Part shown: positions 40,681-51,188 of the stretch, piece after piece
Layout: the number at the start of each line of letters is the position of its first letter
Numbering within the stretch: position 1 is the stretch's first letter
Assembly (NCBI GenBank): GCA_963708075.1
Contig: OY970194.1
Coordinates: 128,001-192,000, forward strand
From: Sedimentisphaerales bacterium
Lineage (GTDB): Bacteria > Planctomycetota > Phycisphaerae > Sedimentisphaerales > Anaerobacaceae
DNA length: 64,000 nucleotides
Direction of reading: 5' to 3'
Made by a program: the position numbers and the translations under genes
The notes under the pieces: generated by a model
The model's database searches: none
What the model was told of the DNA's origin: nothing
The model's input: only the letters and a program-made list of their open reading frames with translations

Positions 40681-42420
40681 ATGACCAAGCAGCGCAGGCA
40701 CTTAGGGGAAATCCTATTTAAGGCCGGGCTGGTAGAAAAGCAAGCTCTGATCAATGCCATCAAGACCGCCAAGTCGAGCAACAAGCGGCTCGGGCAGGTT
40801 TTGATTGAATTGGGCCTGATCAACGAGGATACGCTCACTAAGGCGCTCGCCAAGCAGTTTGGGCTGCAATACGTCGATCTGGACCAGGTCATTATCCCCC
40901 CTGACGCGACAAAAATCGTACCGGAAGACCTGATCAAGCGACATAACATCCTGCCGCTGAGCTCGGGTAACGGAAAGCTTCGACTCGCCATCTGCGATCC
41001 CATGGACATCGAGATGATGGACTCGATTCGGCTTCGCCTGAACGCGGAACTGGAGTGCTGCCTGGCGAATCCAACGAAGATTCGGTCCTATATCGAGAGT
41101 ATGGTGAAAGAAGATAAGGGCGGGGAGAAAGATGACAGACTCAAGCACAGCATCGATGCTACAGCGGCGGAACTGGCCGAGGTGGGCAGTGAACTGGCAG
41201 CCGAGGCGCTGCGGATGCAGGCGGGGGACAACGGCGATGAGGGGCCCATCATTCGCCTCGTAAACCTGGTCATCGATACCGCCTACCACATGCGGGCCAG
41301 CGATATTCACGTCGAGCCCATGGCGGACCGGGTCCGCATCCGGTACCGCGTCGATGGCGTCTGCCTGGAGAAGGACAATATCCCCAAGAACATGCAGGCA
41401 CCCTTGATCGCGCGTCTGAAGATTCTGTCCGGAATGGACATTGCGGAAAAGCGGCTGCCGCAGGACGGTCGTATCAAGCGGAACATCGCCGGCACGGATA
41501 TTGACTTCCGTGTCTCCTCCCTGCCGGGGGTCCACGGGCCCAGTGTCGTGCTGCGTATCTTGCGGCCGGATGCCGTCAATATCGGTATTGAGTCGCTGGG
41601 ATTCGAGCAGGACAACTATGAGCAGTTCCAGAAGATCATCAAAAGACCTAACGGGATCTTCCTGGTGACGGGACCTACCGGTAGCGGCAAGACGACGACG
41701 CTTTATGCCGCCCTGCAGGAATTGAATAAGCCCGATAAGAAGATTATCACAGCGGAGGACCCCGTCGAGTACAACTTTGCCGGCATGAACCAGTGCCAGG
41801 TAAAGGAGGATATCGGCCTGACATTCGACAAGATCCTGCGCTCCATGCTGCGTCAGGCGCCCAATATCATCCTCGTCGGCGAAATCCGCGACAACGCCGT
41901 TGCGAATATCGCCATCCAGGCGGCCTTGACAGGACACCTGGTCTTCAGCACATTGCACACGAACGATGCCTGCGGCGCCATTACCCGTCTGATCGATATG
42001 GGCGTCAAGCCCTTCCTCGTGGCCAGCTCGATCCAAGCCATTATGGCGCAACGACTTATACGCGTCATCTGCAAGAAATGCAAGGTCGTGGACGAGAATC
42101 CAGACCCCCACCACCTCCGGCTGCTTGAGATAGATCCGGCAGAGCTGAAGACCCGACCTGTGTATAAAGGGGCGGGCTGCAGTGTCTGCCACGGCACAGG
42201 ATACAAGGGCCGACTCGGCATCTTTGAAATGATCGAGATGAACAGCGAGATTCGTGAGCTTGCGTTCAAGAGGGCTACGACCAGCGAGCTACGGCGTGCG
42301 GCAAAGGCCACAGGCATGCGCACGCTCATGGAAGACGGCAAACTCAAGATCTTCAAGGGGCTTACCACCCCCGCAGAAGTATCGGAAACGGCACAGGCAG
42401 AGAGCATAGCAACTGAATAG
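40681..42420 (+). CDS. pilB: PilB/GspE family assembly ATPase (copy 1)
   Basis: MshEN-like LGEIL/RLGQVL repeats, [33 protein letters not shown], tetra-Cys motif. Confidence 0.9.
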   Translation: MTKQRRHLGEILFKAGLVEKQALINAIKTAKSSNKRLGQVLIELGLINEDTLTKALAKQFGLQYVDLDQVIIPPDATKIVPEDLIKRHNILPLSSGNGKLRLAICDPMDIEMMDSIRLRLNAELECCLANPTKIRSYIESMVKEDKGGEKDDRLKHSIDATAAELAEVGSELAAEALRMQAGDNGDEGPIIRLVNLVIDTAYHMRASDIHVEPMADRVRIRYRVDGVCLEKDNIPKNMQAPLIARLKILSGMDIAEKRLPQDGRIKRNIAGTDIDFRVSSLPGVHGPSVVLRILRPDAVNIGIESLGFEQDNYEQFQKIIKRPNGIFLVTGPTGSGKTTTLYAALQELNKPDKKIITAEDPVEYNFAGMNQCQVKEDIGLTFDKILRSMLRQAPNIILVGEIRDNAVANIAIQAALTGHLVFSTLHTNDACGAITRLIDMGVKPFLVASSIQAIMAQRLIRVICKKCKVVDENPDPHHLRLLEIDPAELKTRPVYKGAGCSVCHGTGYKGRLGIFEMIEMNSEIRELAFKRATTSELRRAAKATGMRTLMEDGKLKIFKGLTTPAEVSETAQAESIATE

Positions 42421-42446
42421 CAACGAGACTGCATGAGGATCACCAG

Positions 42447-43599
42447 ATGGCGACACTGAACATGGATCGACTTCTCCAGGCGTGCGTAACGCAGGGGGCA
42501 TCCGATATTCACATCAGCGTGGGCCGCCCGCCGGTCCTGCGCCTCGACGGGCACCTGAGGTCTCTGGAGACCAAAGTGCTCGAGCCGGACGACACGACGG
42601 GCTTGATGAAGAGCATCACGCCGGACCGCTGCCAGCAGGAACTCCAGGAGGAAGGCGGTACGGACTTTGGTTTTGCCTTTGGCGATGCAGCCCGGTTCCG
42701 CGTGTCCGTGTTCAGGCAAAAGGGCAATATCTCCATGGTTTTGCGTCAGATTCCCAACAAGATCCTGACGTTCGAGGAGATCGGTTTGCCGAAGATTTGC
42801 GCGGCCCTGTGCCGCCGTCCCCGTGGCATGTTCCTGGTCACGGGCCCGACAGGAAGCGGCAAGACGACTACATTGGCCACGATGATCAACTACATCAATG
42901 AGAACTTCGACCGCCATATCGTGACGGTCGAGGACCCTATCGAATACTATCATCCCCACAAGAAGTCGATCATCAACCAGCGTGAGGTCGGCGTGGACGT
43001 CCCGAGCTTTGCCGAGGCACTGCGGCGTGTGCTGCGTATGGACCCCGACGTGATCCTGGTTGGCGAGTTGCGCGATCTGGAAACCATTGAGGCGGCGGTG
43101 CGTGCGGCCGAAACAGGCCACTTGGTCTTCAGCACGGTCCACACGACCAGCGCCGCCGGCACGGTCAACCGAATTATCGACGTGTTCCCTGTGGACCAGC
43201 AGGAACAGATTCGAATCCAGCTCAGCGGCAACCTGATCGCGGTACTGAGCCAGGCCCTGTGCCCGCTGGCGACAGGGCGGGGCGCGTGGCAGCCTACGAG
43301 TTCATGGTCGTAACGCCGGCTATTGCCAACCTTATCCGTGAGAACAAGACGTACCGCATCGATTCGAGCATCCAGACGGGCAAGAAATTGGGCATGCAAC
43401 TGCTTGATGAGCACCTGTGGCAGCTTTACGATACGGGCAGAATCAGCCTGGAGGAGATGCTGGACAAGGGCCGTCAGGTTGCGCCCTGCAGGAGAAGGCG
43501 CTGGCCAAGATCGGTGGCGCCAAGGGCAAGGCGATGAAGAAGAAGGCGGCCGAGGCAGCCAAGGAACTGGAAGACCTCGGACCTATCCTGAAGACGTAA
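42447..43599 (+). CDS. pilT: PilT retraction ATPase (frameshifts near 43283 and 43481)
   Basis: [41 protein letters not shown]; continues RVAAYEFMV…IANLIRE…GMQ in the next frame. Confidence 0.88.
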
Positions 43600-43807
43600 G
43601 CACCTCGGAACGGTACCAGGGACTGCCATCGAGGAAACATCCTCAAGGAGGGGGGATTGACTTCTCCGGGTCGGGACTACCGACTTTTCAGGGCTTGACA
43701 ATGCGTCTCATTAACCAGGTGTCCAATGCGTAATATTTGTAACGCTCGGTATTTACTCTCCGTCTTGAAATGCGTAGATTGAATAAGGACTTTGAGGGTA
43801 ACAGGAT

Positions 43808-45574
43808 ATGGGCACGATGAAAACAGCGGAAAAATATCCTCCAGCGGAGCAACTCCGGGGCCGACCGTTGGGCCGCATCCTCATGAAGATGGGGCTCCTG
43901 AGCCGGGAGAAAGTCCACGAATGCCTCGAAATCCAGAAGAAGCGAGGGGGCGACGTGCGGCTGGGGCAGATCTTGCTCGAACTCGGGCTTGTCAACGAGA
44001 CGCAGCTCCAGGTGGCATTGGCCGGCAAGCGAGGCATGGAGTATGGGAGCATCGAAGGCCTGACGATCGCGCCGGAAGTGATCGAGAAGGTCCCCGCCCA
44101 GATGGCCAAGTCGTATCATATCCTGCCCGTCGAGTACAACAAAGAGAAGAATGAGCTGGCGGTGGTTCTGGACAACGTGGACAATTTCCGGGCCACCGAT
44201 GATCTGCGGACGCTCATGGGTTTCAATGTGACGGCGAAGATCACGGATCGCGACACCCTTGAGAGTGCGCTGAACAAGTATTATGAGACCAAGCAGGATG
44301 AGGGAATTACTGAACTGATTGACGAGATCCAGTCGGATGCGTTCCTGGCGGAGTTCGAGGGAAGGAACGCGAGCATCGACTTGGACGAGCTGAAGGAACT
44401 GTCCGAATCGAACCCGGTGAAGAAGCTGCTGAACCTGGTGCTTCTGCAAGCGATCCGGGACAAAGCGTCCGATATTCACTTCGAGCCATTCGAGAACGAG
44501 TACAAGATGCGCTACCGCATCGATGGCGTGCTGTACGAGATGATCCCGCCTCCGAAGTACATCGCCGCGGCCCTGAGCTCGCGTATCAAGGTCATGGCGA
44601 GCCTCGACATTGCGGAGCGGCGTCTGCCTCAGGACGGCCGAATCTCGCTGACCGTGCAGGGCAACCCCGTGGACCTGCGCGTCAGTGTTTTGCCGACCAT
44701 GTTCGGCGAAAGCGTCGTGCTGCGTGTGCTCGACCGAAGCCAGTTGAGCTTCGACCTGGAGAAGCTGGGCTTGCGGCCCCATGACGTCAAGACCCTGCGT
44801 CAACTCATCCGCAGGCCCAATGGGATCCTTATCGTGACGGGGCCGACGGGGTGCGGCAAGACCACCACCCTGTACTCGGCATTGAGCGAGTTGAACAGCA
44901 TCGACGTCAAGATCATCACCACGGAGGACCCTGTCGAGTACGATATCGATGGCCTCATTCAGTGTCAGATGAAGCCGGACATCGGCCTGACATTTGCCCG
45001 CTGCCTCCGGTCGATTTTGCGGCAGGACCCCGACATTATCCTCGTCGGCGAAATTCGTGACCTCGAGACAGCCGAAATCGCCGCCCAGGCGTCGCTGACG
45101 GGACACCTCGTGTTCACCACGCTGCACACCAACGATGCACCGAGCTCGATTGCCCGTCTGCTCGATCTGGGGGTCGAGCCGTTCCTGATCACGGCAACGC
45201 TGGAGGGGATTTGTGCCCAGCGGCTTGTACGAAAGATATGCACGAGCTGCAAGACGGCGTACGAGCCCAATGAAGCGCAACTGAAGGAGTTGAGCCTGAC
45301 GGAGGAGGACATCAAAGGCAAGAAGTTCTACTACGGGCGCGGCTGCAGCAAATGCAACGGGACCGGCTACCGCGGAAGAGTGGGCGTTTTCGAGATCATG
45401 ATGTTCGACGACGAGATCCGCGACCTGATCATGAATCGCGCGTCGACGAACGTCCTGCGTGTCGCGGCCCAGAAGAAGGGCATGATACTGCTTCGCGACA
45501 ACGGCCTGGCCTCCATTTTCGACGGAATCACGACGCTCGATGAGATTGTGAAAGAGACGATAACAGAAGGTTAA
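43808..45574 (+). CDS. pilB: PilB/GspE family assembly ATPase (copy 2)
   Basis: LGRIL/RLGQIL N-terminus, ASDIH, RLPQDGR, GPTGCGKTT, LRQDPD, CTSC…CSKC. Confidence 0.9.
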   Translation: MGTMKTAEKYPPAEQLRGRPLGRILMKMGLLSREKVHECLEIQKKRGGDVRLGQILLELGLVNETQLQVALAGKRGMEYGSIEGLTIAPEVIEKVPAQMAKSYHILPVEYNKEKNELAVVLDNVDNFRATDDLRTLMGFNVTAKITDRDTLESALNKYYETKQDEGITELIDEIQSDAFLAEFEGRNASIDLDELKELSESNPVKKLLNLVLLQAIRDKASDIHFEPFENEYKMRYRIDGVLYEMIPPPKYIAAALSSRIKVMASLDIAERRLPQDGRISLTVQGNPVDLRVSVLPTMFGESVVLRVLDRSQLSFDLEKLGLRPHDVKTLRQLIRRPNGILIVTGPTGCGKTTTLYSALSELNSIDVKIITTEDPVEYDIDGLIQCQMKPDIGLTFARCLRSILRQDPDIILVGEIRDLETAEIAAQASLTGHLVFTTLHTNDAPSSIARLLDLGVEPFLITATLEGICAQRLVRKICTSCKTAYEPNEAQLKELSLTEEDIKGKKFYYGRGCSKCNGTGYRGRVGVFEIMMFDDEIRDLIMNRASTNVLRVAAQKKGMILLRDNGLASIFDGITTLDEIVKETITEG

Positions 45575-45622
45575 TGAGCACAACGCCCTGCGCAGGGGAT
45601 GGACTGAACAGGAGGTACGAAG

Positions 45623-46873
45623 ATGCCGGTATTTCAGTATGTGGCGTTGGATTCGCAAGGCGTCGAGGTGAAGGACGAGATCGAGGCGCTGAGCGAGAAG
45701 GAAGCGATCAGCAAGATCCGCAACATGGGGTATTTCCCCACGAAGGTGCGGTCGAAGACGGCGACCAAAACCGGGGGCAAAGCGGCGGCCAAGACCACGC
45801 ATCGGCGGGGGGCCAATGGAAGGGTCAAGGTAAAACACGTCACGCAGTTCGCCCGGCAACTCTCGACCCTGCAGGACGCGGGATTGCCCATCCTTCGTTC
45901 GCTGCGAATTCTCCAGGAGCAGCAGAAAGGCGGCAATTTCAAGCGAATCATCGGATACGTGGCAGACGACATCGAGGGCGGCTCGACGCTGTCGGAGGCG
46001 ATGGCGAAGTACCCGCGAGCCTTTGACCGGCTGTTCGTGAACATGGTGGCGGCGGGCGAGACGGGCGGCGTGCTGGACCTGATCCTCTCGCGTATCGCGG
46101 ACTTCAAGGAGAAGGCGATCCGGCTCCGCGCCCGCGTCAAAAGCGCGATGATTTATCCCATGGTCGTGCTGGGGGCGGCGTTTCTAATCGTGCTGGGTCT
46201 GATGAAGTTCGTGATTCCGTCGTTCAAGACCGTGTTGGAAGAGATGGTGGAAGGCAAGCTCAACCCGGTGACCACGACCGTGCTGGGGATCAGTAACTGG
46301 ATTGCGTACGACTACGGGTGGGCGGTGATGATCGCCATTCCGGTCATTATCATCATCCTTCTGAGAGTTGTCCGGAAATTCCGTCCGGGTCGCCTGGTGC
46401 TGGATACGATCAAGCTGCGGGTGCCGGTTGTCGGGCAGATCAGCGGCAAGGTCTCCATCACACGATGGACCAGGACGCTCGGGACATTGATCAGCGCCGG
46501 CGTGCCGATTCTTGACGCTCTCAATGTGACCCGCGAGACAGCCGGCAACGAGGTATATGCCAACGCGCTGGGCGCCGTCCACAACTCCATTCGGCAGGGC
46601 GACACATTCGCCGGCCCGCTTCGGCAGTCGAAAACGGTGGACCTGCTCGTTTGCAACATGGTGGCCGTCGGGGAAGAGACGGGCGACCTGGACAAGATGC
46701 TCTTGAAGGTCGCTGACAACTACGACGAGCAGGTGGACGTGTTGGTCGGCGGCCTGATGTCGCTGCTCGAGCCGATCATGATCCTCATGCTCGGCAGCAT
46801 CGTCATGGTCATCGTGCTCGCCGTCTTCCTGCCCATGATCCAGGTGATTACGAGCTTGAGCTCGGCGCAATAA
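45623..46873 (+). CDS. pilC: PilC/GspF inner-membrane platform protein
   Basis: RQLSTL..AGLP, AGETGG, KSAMIYP, VGEETG, SLLEP, FLP. Confidence 0.92.
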   Translation: MPVFQYVALDSQGVEVKDEIEALSEKEAISKIRNMGYFPTKVRSKTATKTGGKAAAKTTHRRGANGRVKVKHVTQFARQLSTLQDAGLPILRSLRILQEQQKGGNFKRIIGYVADDIEGGSTLSEAMAKYPRAFDRLFVNMVAAGETGGVLDLILSRIADFKEKAIRLRARVKSAMIYPMVVLGAAFLIVLGLMKFVIPSFKTVLEEMVEGKLNPVTTTVLGISNWIAYDYGWAVMIAIPVIIIILLRVVRKFRPGRLVLDTIKLRVPVVGQISGKVSITRWTRTLGTLISAGVPILDALNVTRETAGNEVYANALGAVHNSIRQGDTFAGPLRQSKTVDLLVCNMVAVGEETGDLDKMLLKVADNYDEQVDVLVGGLMSLLEPIMILMLGSIVMVIVLAVFLPMIQVITSLSSAQ

Positions 46874-46916
46874 TTGCAGTCCTGAAAAACGAGGCACCTA
46901 TATGAAGGAGAATCCT

Positions 46917-47813
46917 ATGAAACCCGTCGCGAAACAAACCAGACATCGAAAAGCATTCACCATCGTGGAGCTGCTGACCGTCATGAGCATCATCGTGATC
47001 CTCATCGGCCTGCTGGTTCCGGCCTTGAACAAGGTCAAACAGTATGCCACGAACGTCAAACAAAAGGCCCAGTTCCACAGCATTGAGGCCGCGGTGGAAC
47101 TGTTCGACAGCCAGTTCGGCGGTTACCCCGACTCGACCTTTTCTCCGTCCGGGACCACGGGCCCACGCGCCTACTGCGGCGCAGAGAAACTCGCCGAGGC
47201 CATGATGGGCCGGGACCTGATGGGCTTTCATCCCGACTCGATTTTCCGCAGCGACGGAACGAATGGTCTGACACCTGCTCAGTTCCTGTATACTCCCCTG
47301 ACGCGTGCTGCTCGACCGGGTCCCTTCCTGCCTCTGGAGAATGCTAGTGCAATTCCCTTGGGCGAGATCTACGCAAACATTGGTCCTTTTGACCCGTGTG
47401 ATTTCGTCTTGTGCGACGTGTACAACCGTGTGACAGATATCAAGACCGGTAGGAAGGTGGGAATGCCCCTGCTTTACTACAAGGCTAATACCTCCAGGCA
47501 ATCTCACGACCTGACGAACCCCAACAATCCGGACAACATCTACAACTGGAAAGATAACTCGGAGCTCATACGCCTGGGCAAGCCATTTGACCTAGCCGGA
47601 CTGCCCCACCGGCTTCTCTCGTACCCTGGGGTGCCACCCGTTCCAGCCGAGGCGGAGGGGATCAGGTTCTACCGAAACATCCAGAACGAGAGGGTGTCAA
47701 CGATCACAAGGCCGTACCGGGCCGATTCCTACATCTTGATTTCCGCCGGTTGGGACGGCGAGTATGGCACGGCAGATGATATCTGCAACTTCGACTGGTC
47801 GTTCAGAAATTAA
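46917..47813 (+). CDS. Type IV pilin/GspG-like pseudopilin
   Basis: Class III signal KA|FTIVEL; C-terminal SAGWDGEYGTADDI. Confidence 0.85.
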   Translation: MKPVAKQTRHRKAFTIVELLTVMSIIVILIGLLVPALNKVKQYATNVKQKAQFHSIEAAVELFDSQFGGYPDSTFSPSGTTGPRAYCGAEKLAEAMMGRDLMGFHPDSIFRSDGTNGLTPAQFLYTPLTRAARPGPFLPLENASAIPLGEIYANIGPFDPCDFVLCDVYNRVTDIKTGRKVGMPLLYYKANTSRQSHDLTNPNNPDNIYNWKDNSELIRLGKPFDLAGLPHRLLSYPGVPPVPAEAEGIRFYRNIQNERVSTITRPYRADSYILISAGWDGEYGTADDICNFDWSFRN

Positions 47814-47965
47814 TTCGAGCAGCGAGGTCGGACAAGGCTTCCTCGCGACGGTTTCGATAGGATTGCGATTCTCATGGCCATGGCGTTATCGGGGCGGCTG
47901 GTGAGCCGGCCGCCTGAGACAAGGCGAAAAGTCGATAGGGACCATCGTATTGAAAGAGGACTACC

Positions 47966-48928
47966 GTGAGACGTGAAAAGTCGGGCTTGACGATCATAGA
48001 GATCCTGGTGGTGGTCGGCATCATCGCCATCCTCGTCGGCATCCTGGTGCCGGCGTTGACGATGGTGCAGAAGACGGCCAAAGGCGTGAAGCAGCGGGCC
48101 CAATTCACGGCGATAGACCTGGGTCTGGCTGCGTTCCGCAATGACTATGGCGAGTACCCGCCGTCGAACTGGTGGGACTCGCTCATCCCGAACACTCCGC
48201 AGGACTATTGCGGGGCACAAAAGCTGGCCGAGGCGCTGCTGGGCTGGGACCTGCTCGGTTTTCATCCGGATTCGGCATGGCGAGCGGACGGGCTCGATGC
48301 GGTGAATGGGCCGGAGACCTATGACCCGGCGGGGGTGTACAAGAAGGATCCGGTTGTCTATCAGCAGAACCTCAAGAAAAGGCGGGACCGTTACATCGAG
48401 ATGGATGTGGCCAATGCCTTCCAGCTTGGCGAGAGTACGGCCGGTAGGGACGGATTGTTCGTGAGTACAGCGGGGCTTTGGGGCGGTCAGCCGCTACGGA
48501 AAAACACATACGTGCTGTGCGATGTGTATGATGTGCCCGAGAGAAAGTTGATGCTCCCGGATGGCCGAAGCGTCGTTCCGGGCACGCCCATCCTGTACTA
48601 CCGGGCAAATGCAGCCAGCAAGACAATCGACAGGACGATCTCCGGGATCCGGCTCCGGGATCTTATCTACAACTCAGGTGATAACGTGCCGCTGATCAAC
48701 CTGGGGCGGCTGTCGGATGCCGCCAAGCCTATTGCCCAGCGGCAACAGCACCCACTGGACATGGCTGCCACTCCGCCGTGGGGCGTCAATTTCTATGACT
48801 ACATCCGGGACTCGAAGGTGACGGCTCATCCCTGGCCTTACCGGCCGGACTCGTACATCCTGATCTCGGCCGGGCCGGACGGCCTCTATGGCACCAACGA
48901 CGATATCCGCAATTTTGGAAAGAGATAG
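47966..48928 (+). CDS. Type IV pilin/GspG-like pseudopilin (paralog of the preceding gene)
   Basis: SG|LTIIEI; C-terminal SAGPDGLYGTNDDI. Confidence 0.85.
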   Translation: MRREKSGLTIIEILVVVGIIAILVGILVPALTMVQKTAKGVKQRAQFTAIDLGLAAFRNDYGEYPPSNWWDSLIPNTPQDYCGAQKLAEALLGWDLLGFHPDSAWRADGLDAVNGPETYDPAGVYKKDPVVYQQNLKKRRDRYIEMDVANAFQLGESTAGRDGLFVSTAGLWGGQPLRKNTYVLCDVYDVPERKLMLPDGRSVVPGTPILYYRANAASKTIDRTISGIRLRDLIYNSGDNVPLINLGRLSDAAKPIAQRQQHPLDMAATPPWGVNFYDYIRDSKVTAHPWPYRPDSYILISAGPDGLYGTNDDIRNFGKR

Positions 48929-48959
48929 CACGGACCCTCGTGTGGGGCGGGCGTGGCCT

Positions 48960-49430
48960 ATGGCTGACTGGAAATACAAACGCGGAATGACGCTTGTCGA
49001 GATCCTGGTCGTGCTGGCGGTGATCGCCGCCCTGGCTGCCATGATCATTAAGGTGACGCTCCGCGTGGAAAACCAGTCCAGTGAGAACATCGTGGCCAAT
49101 GCCTTCTCCCTGCTCAAGGCGGCGTTGCGGGAATACTATGAGTACACGGACACGTTCCCGGTGCCCCTAAGGCCGACTGGCTCGGGCCGCATACAAGACG
49201 TCTACGACGCCCTCGATGCCGTGCCGACGTCTCGTCAGATTCTCAAGGGGATCGACACGGTCCTCGTGCAGAGGCATGACAAGCAGCCGGCCCCGGCGAG
49301 ACTGTACGACCCGTGGGGCACTCCATTCGATTATATCTATACTCCGGGCGATACCTTCCCGGAGCTGGTTTCGGCCGGGCCGGACAAGACGTTCGGCACC
49401 GCCGATGACATCAGCAGCAAGGGCACATGA
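48960..49430 (+). CDS. GspG-like pseudopilin
   Basis: RG|MTLVEI; DPWGTPF; SAGPDKTFGTADDI. Confidence 0.85.
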   Translation: MADWKYKRGMTLVEILVVLAVIAALAAMIIKVTLRVENQSSENIVANAFSLLKAALREYYEYTDTFPVPLRPTGSGRIQDVYDALDAVPTSRQILKGIDTVLVQRHDKQPAPARLYDPWGTPFDYIYTPGDTFPELVSAGPDKTFGTADDISSKGT

Positions 49431-49485
49431 CGGACCTGCGAGTTCCGTCAGAACAGTAATGCGATGCGATAAGAGAGCAAGACCC

Positions 49486-50355
49486 ATGCACGGTCGACCA
49501 CACAGGACAGTTGGTTTGACGCTCATCGAGACGACGCTGGTCGTCGCGACGATCGCGCTGATGGTGGGTCTGGCCCTGCCGGCCGTGCGGGCGCTGGTCC
49601 ATTCCTTCCAATCGGAAGGCGGGACGAAAAGCATCATTCAGGCGGCCCTGAACTCCGCGCGGACCATGGCCGTGACGCACCAGCGGTACGTCGGCGTACG
49701 TTTCCAGAAGGCGTGCATCTCGGAAGATCCCTGCGACCCGCTCAAAAGGGAGTTGAATGCGCCGCAGTACATGATCTTCATCATGCAGGAGGCCCCTGAT
49801 GTTCTGAATCTCGATAATGGTTTCCGAGCCCTCAAAGGACACGAGCCGATCAAGCTGCCCGACACGATCGGTGTCATGCAGCCAGAGGCTCCCCCTGCCA
49901 GGATATCCCTTGTGAGCGCCAAGCTTCCAGGCATGCTGAACGACATGACGACGTTCTCCATCATCTTCTCGCCTTCCGGCAGGCTGGTGGTTCATAAAGT
50001 CCGAGTCCGTAACAGGGATGGCGTATACCTGCCGGCGAACGATCCGGGGTCCACGAAAGTATCTCAAGACGATATCTTCAATTCCGCGGAGAACATCTGC
50101 CGGTACAAGGAGGGCATGTTCATCCAGGACGACTACTCGACGCTCAAGAACCCCTCCGCGAGGACTACGGAACTCGGGTTGGGGGAGGAGGACAGCGTCA
50201 CGAGCTTCTTCACGTATGAGACTGCGACGCTGCGAACCTTATACACGAAGCTCAACCGGCCTGATCCAGATGTGTTTACCTATCTCGACGCACTCGCAAA
50301 GGACAAGTCTGTGTATGTGAGTCCGTACACGGGGAACTTGGTTTCATCGGATTGA
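49486..50355 (+). CDS. Minor pilin (GspH/FimT-like)
   Basis: VG|LTLIET; ARTMAV…YVGVRF; IIFSPSG. Confidence 0.75.
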   Translation: MHGRPHRTVGLTLIETTLVVATIALMVGLALPAVRALVHSFQSEGGTKSIIQAALNSARTMAVTHQRYVGVRFQKACISEDPCDPLKRELNAPQYMIFIMQEAPDVLNLDNGFRALKGHEPIKLPDTIGVMQPEAPPARISLVSAKLPGMLNDMTTFSIIFSPSGRLVVHKVRVRNRDGVYLPANDPGSTKVSQDDIFNSAENICRYKEGMFIQDDYSTLKNPSARTTELGLGEEDSVTSFFTYETATLRTLYTKLNRPDPDVFTYLDALAKDKSVYVSPYTGNLVSSD

Positions 50356-50364
50356 CCCAGGGAT

Positions 50365-51180
50365 ATGAGCAGAAACCTGCGACAACATGGATTCTCGTTG
50401 ACCGAAACGCTGCTGGCCGTGGCGACGCTGGCCGTGGGGTTGCTGTTCGTCGGCGGGACGTTCATGACCGCCGTCTATTTCTCCACGATCTCGACGGAGC
50501 GGATGATTGGCTCCGTGGCGGCGGACGAGGGGTTTGCCAAGATCAAGCTGTATGGCCTCGATCCGGGCGCCATTACCCCGGTCAGCCTGTATACCCTGGA
50601 CCCGAATTCCGGCGACCCGGCGTCTATCCCGTATGTCCCATTCGAGTGGCTCAAGACCATTCCGCTCTCGGAGTACCTGTATCCTTCGACTGGAGAGACG
50701 ATGGTCGCCCAGTACTCGTGGGGGGCCATCTGCCGGCGGATGGCGGGCGGGGGACGCCTGGTCCAGGTCACCGTGTTCGTCAGCCGGAAAACCGGGGCTC
50801 ATTCGCAGTACCGCGTGCGAAAGCGCGGCGTCGATTGGCCAAGCCTGGACGTGTCCGACCTGCCTCGCCCGGTGCGCGTCAGCGTCGTGGAAATTACAGG
50901 ATCGCCGAACGAAATCCAGATCGTGGACAACCTTGCGGACGGCATCGATGAGCGCATGTTCATCAATGACGGAGCGTCCATCGTGGATGACGCGACGGGG
51001 CAGATCTACCGTGTCCTGAAGCGTTCCGAGACCCAGCCGGACAGAATCACGCTGGATCGGGCGTGGACAGGGGGTTCCCTCACGCCGGCGGCGCGCGGCG
51101 GGGTCTGGGTGGTGCCGCCATCGACCTTGGGCGGGCGCAATCCCCTTGTAGCTATTTATCAGCAGGTTCTCAGGTTCTGA
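50365..51180 (+). CDS. Minor pilin (PilV/GspI-like)
   Basis: HG|FSLTET; VQVTVFV. Confidence 0.75.
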   Translation: MSRNLRQHGFSLTETLLAVATLAVGLLFVGGTFMTAVYFSTISTERMIGSVAADEGFAKIKLYGLDPGAITPVSLYTLDPNSGDPASIPYVPFEWLKTIPLSEYLYPSTGETMVAQYSWGAICRRMAGGGRLVQVTVFVSRKTGAHSQYRVRKRGVDWPSLDVSDLPRPVRVSVVEITGSPNEIQIVDNLADGIDERMFINDGASIVDDATGQIYRVLKRSETQPDRITLDRAWTGGSLTPAARGGVWVVPPSTLGGRNPLVAIYQQVLRF

Positions 51181-51188
51181 GCCGTACG

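Noticed and set aside
43270..43490. PilT frameshifts as programmed recoding or phase variation
   Set aside because: No slippery heptamer or long homopolymer; same pattern as the indels in unrelated genes.
43695..43725. TTGACA upstream of the second pilB as a promoter
   Set aside because: No credible -10 hexamer at 16-18 bp spacing.
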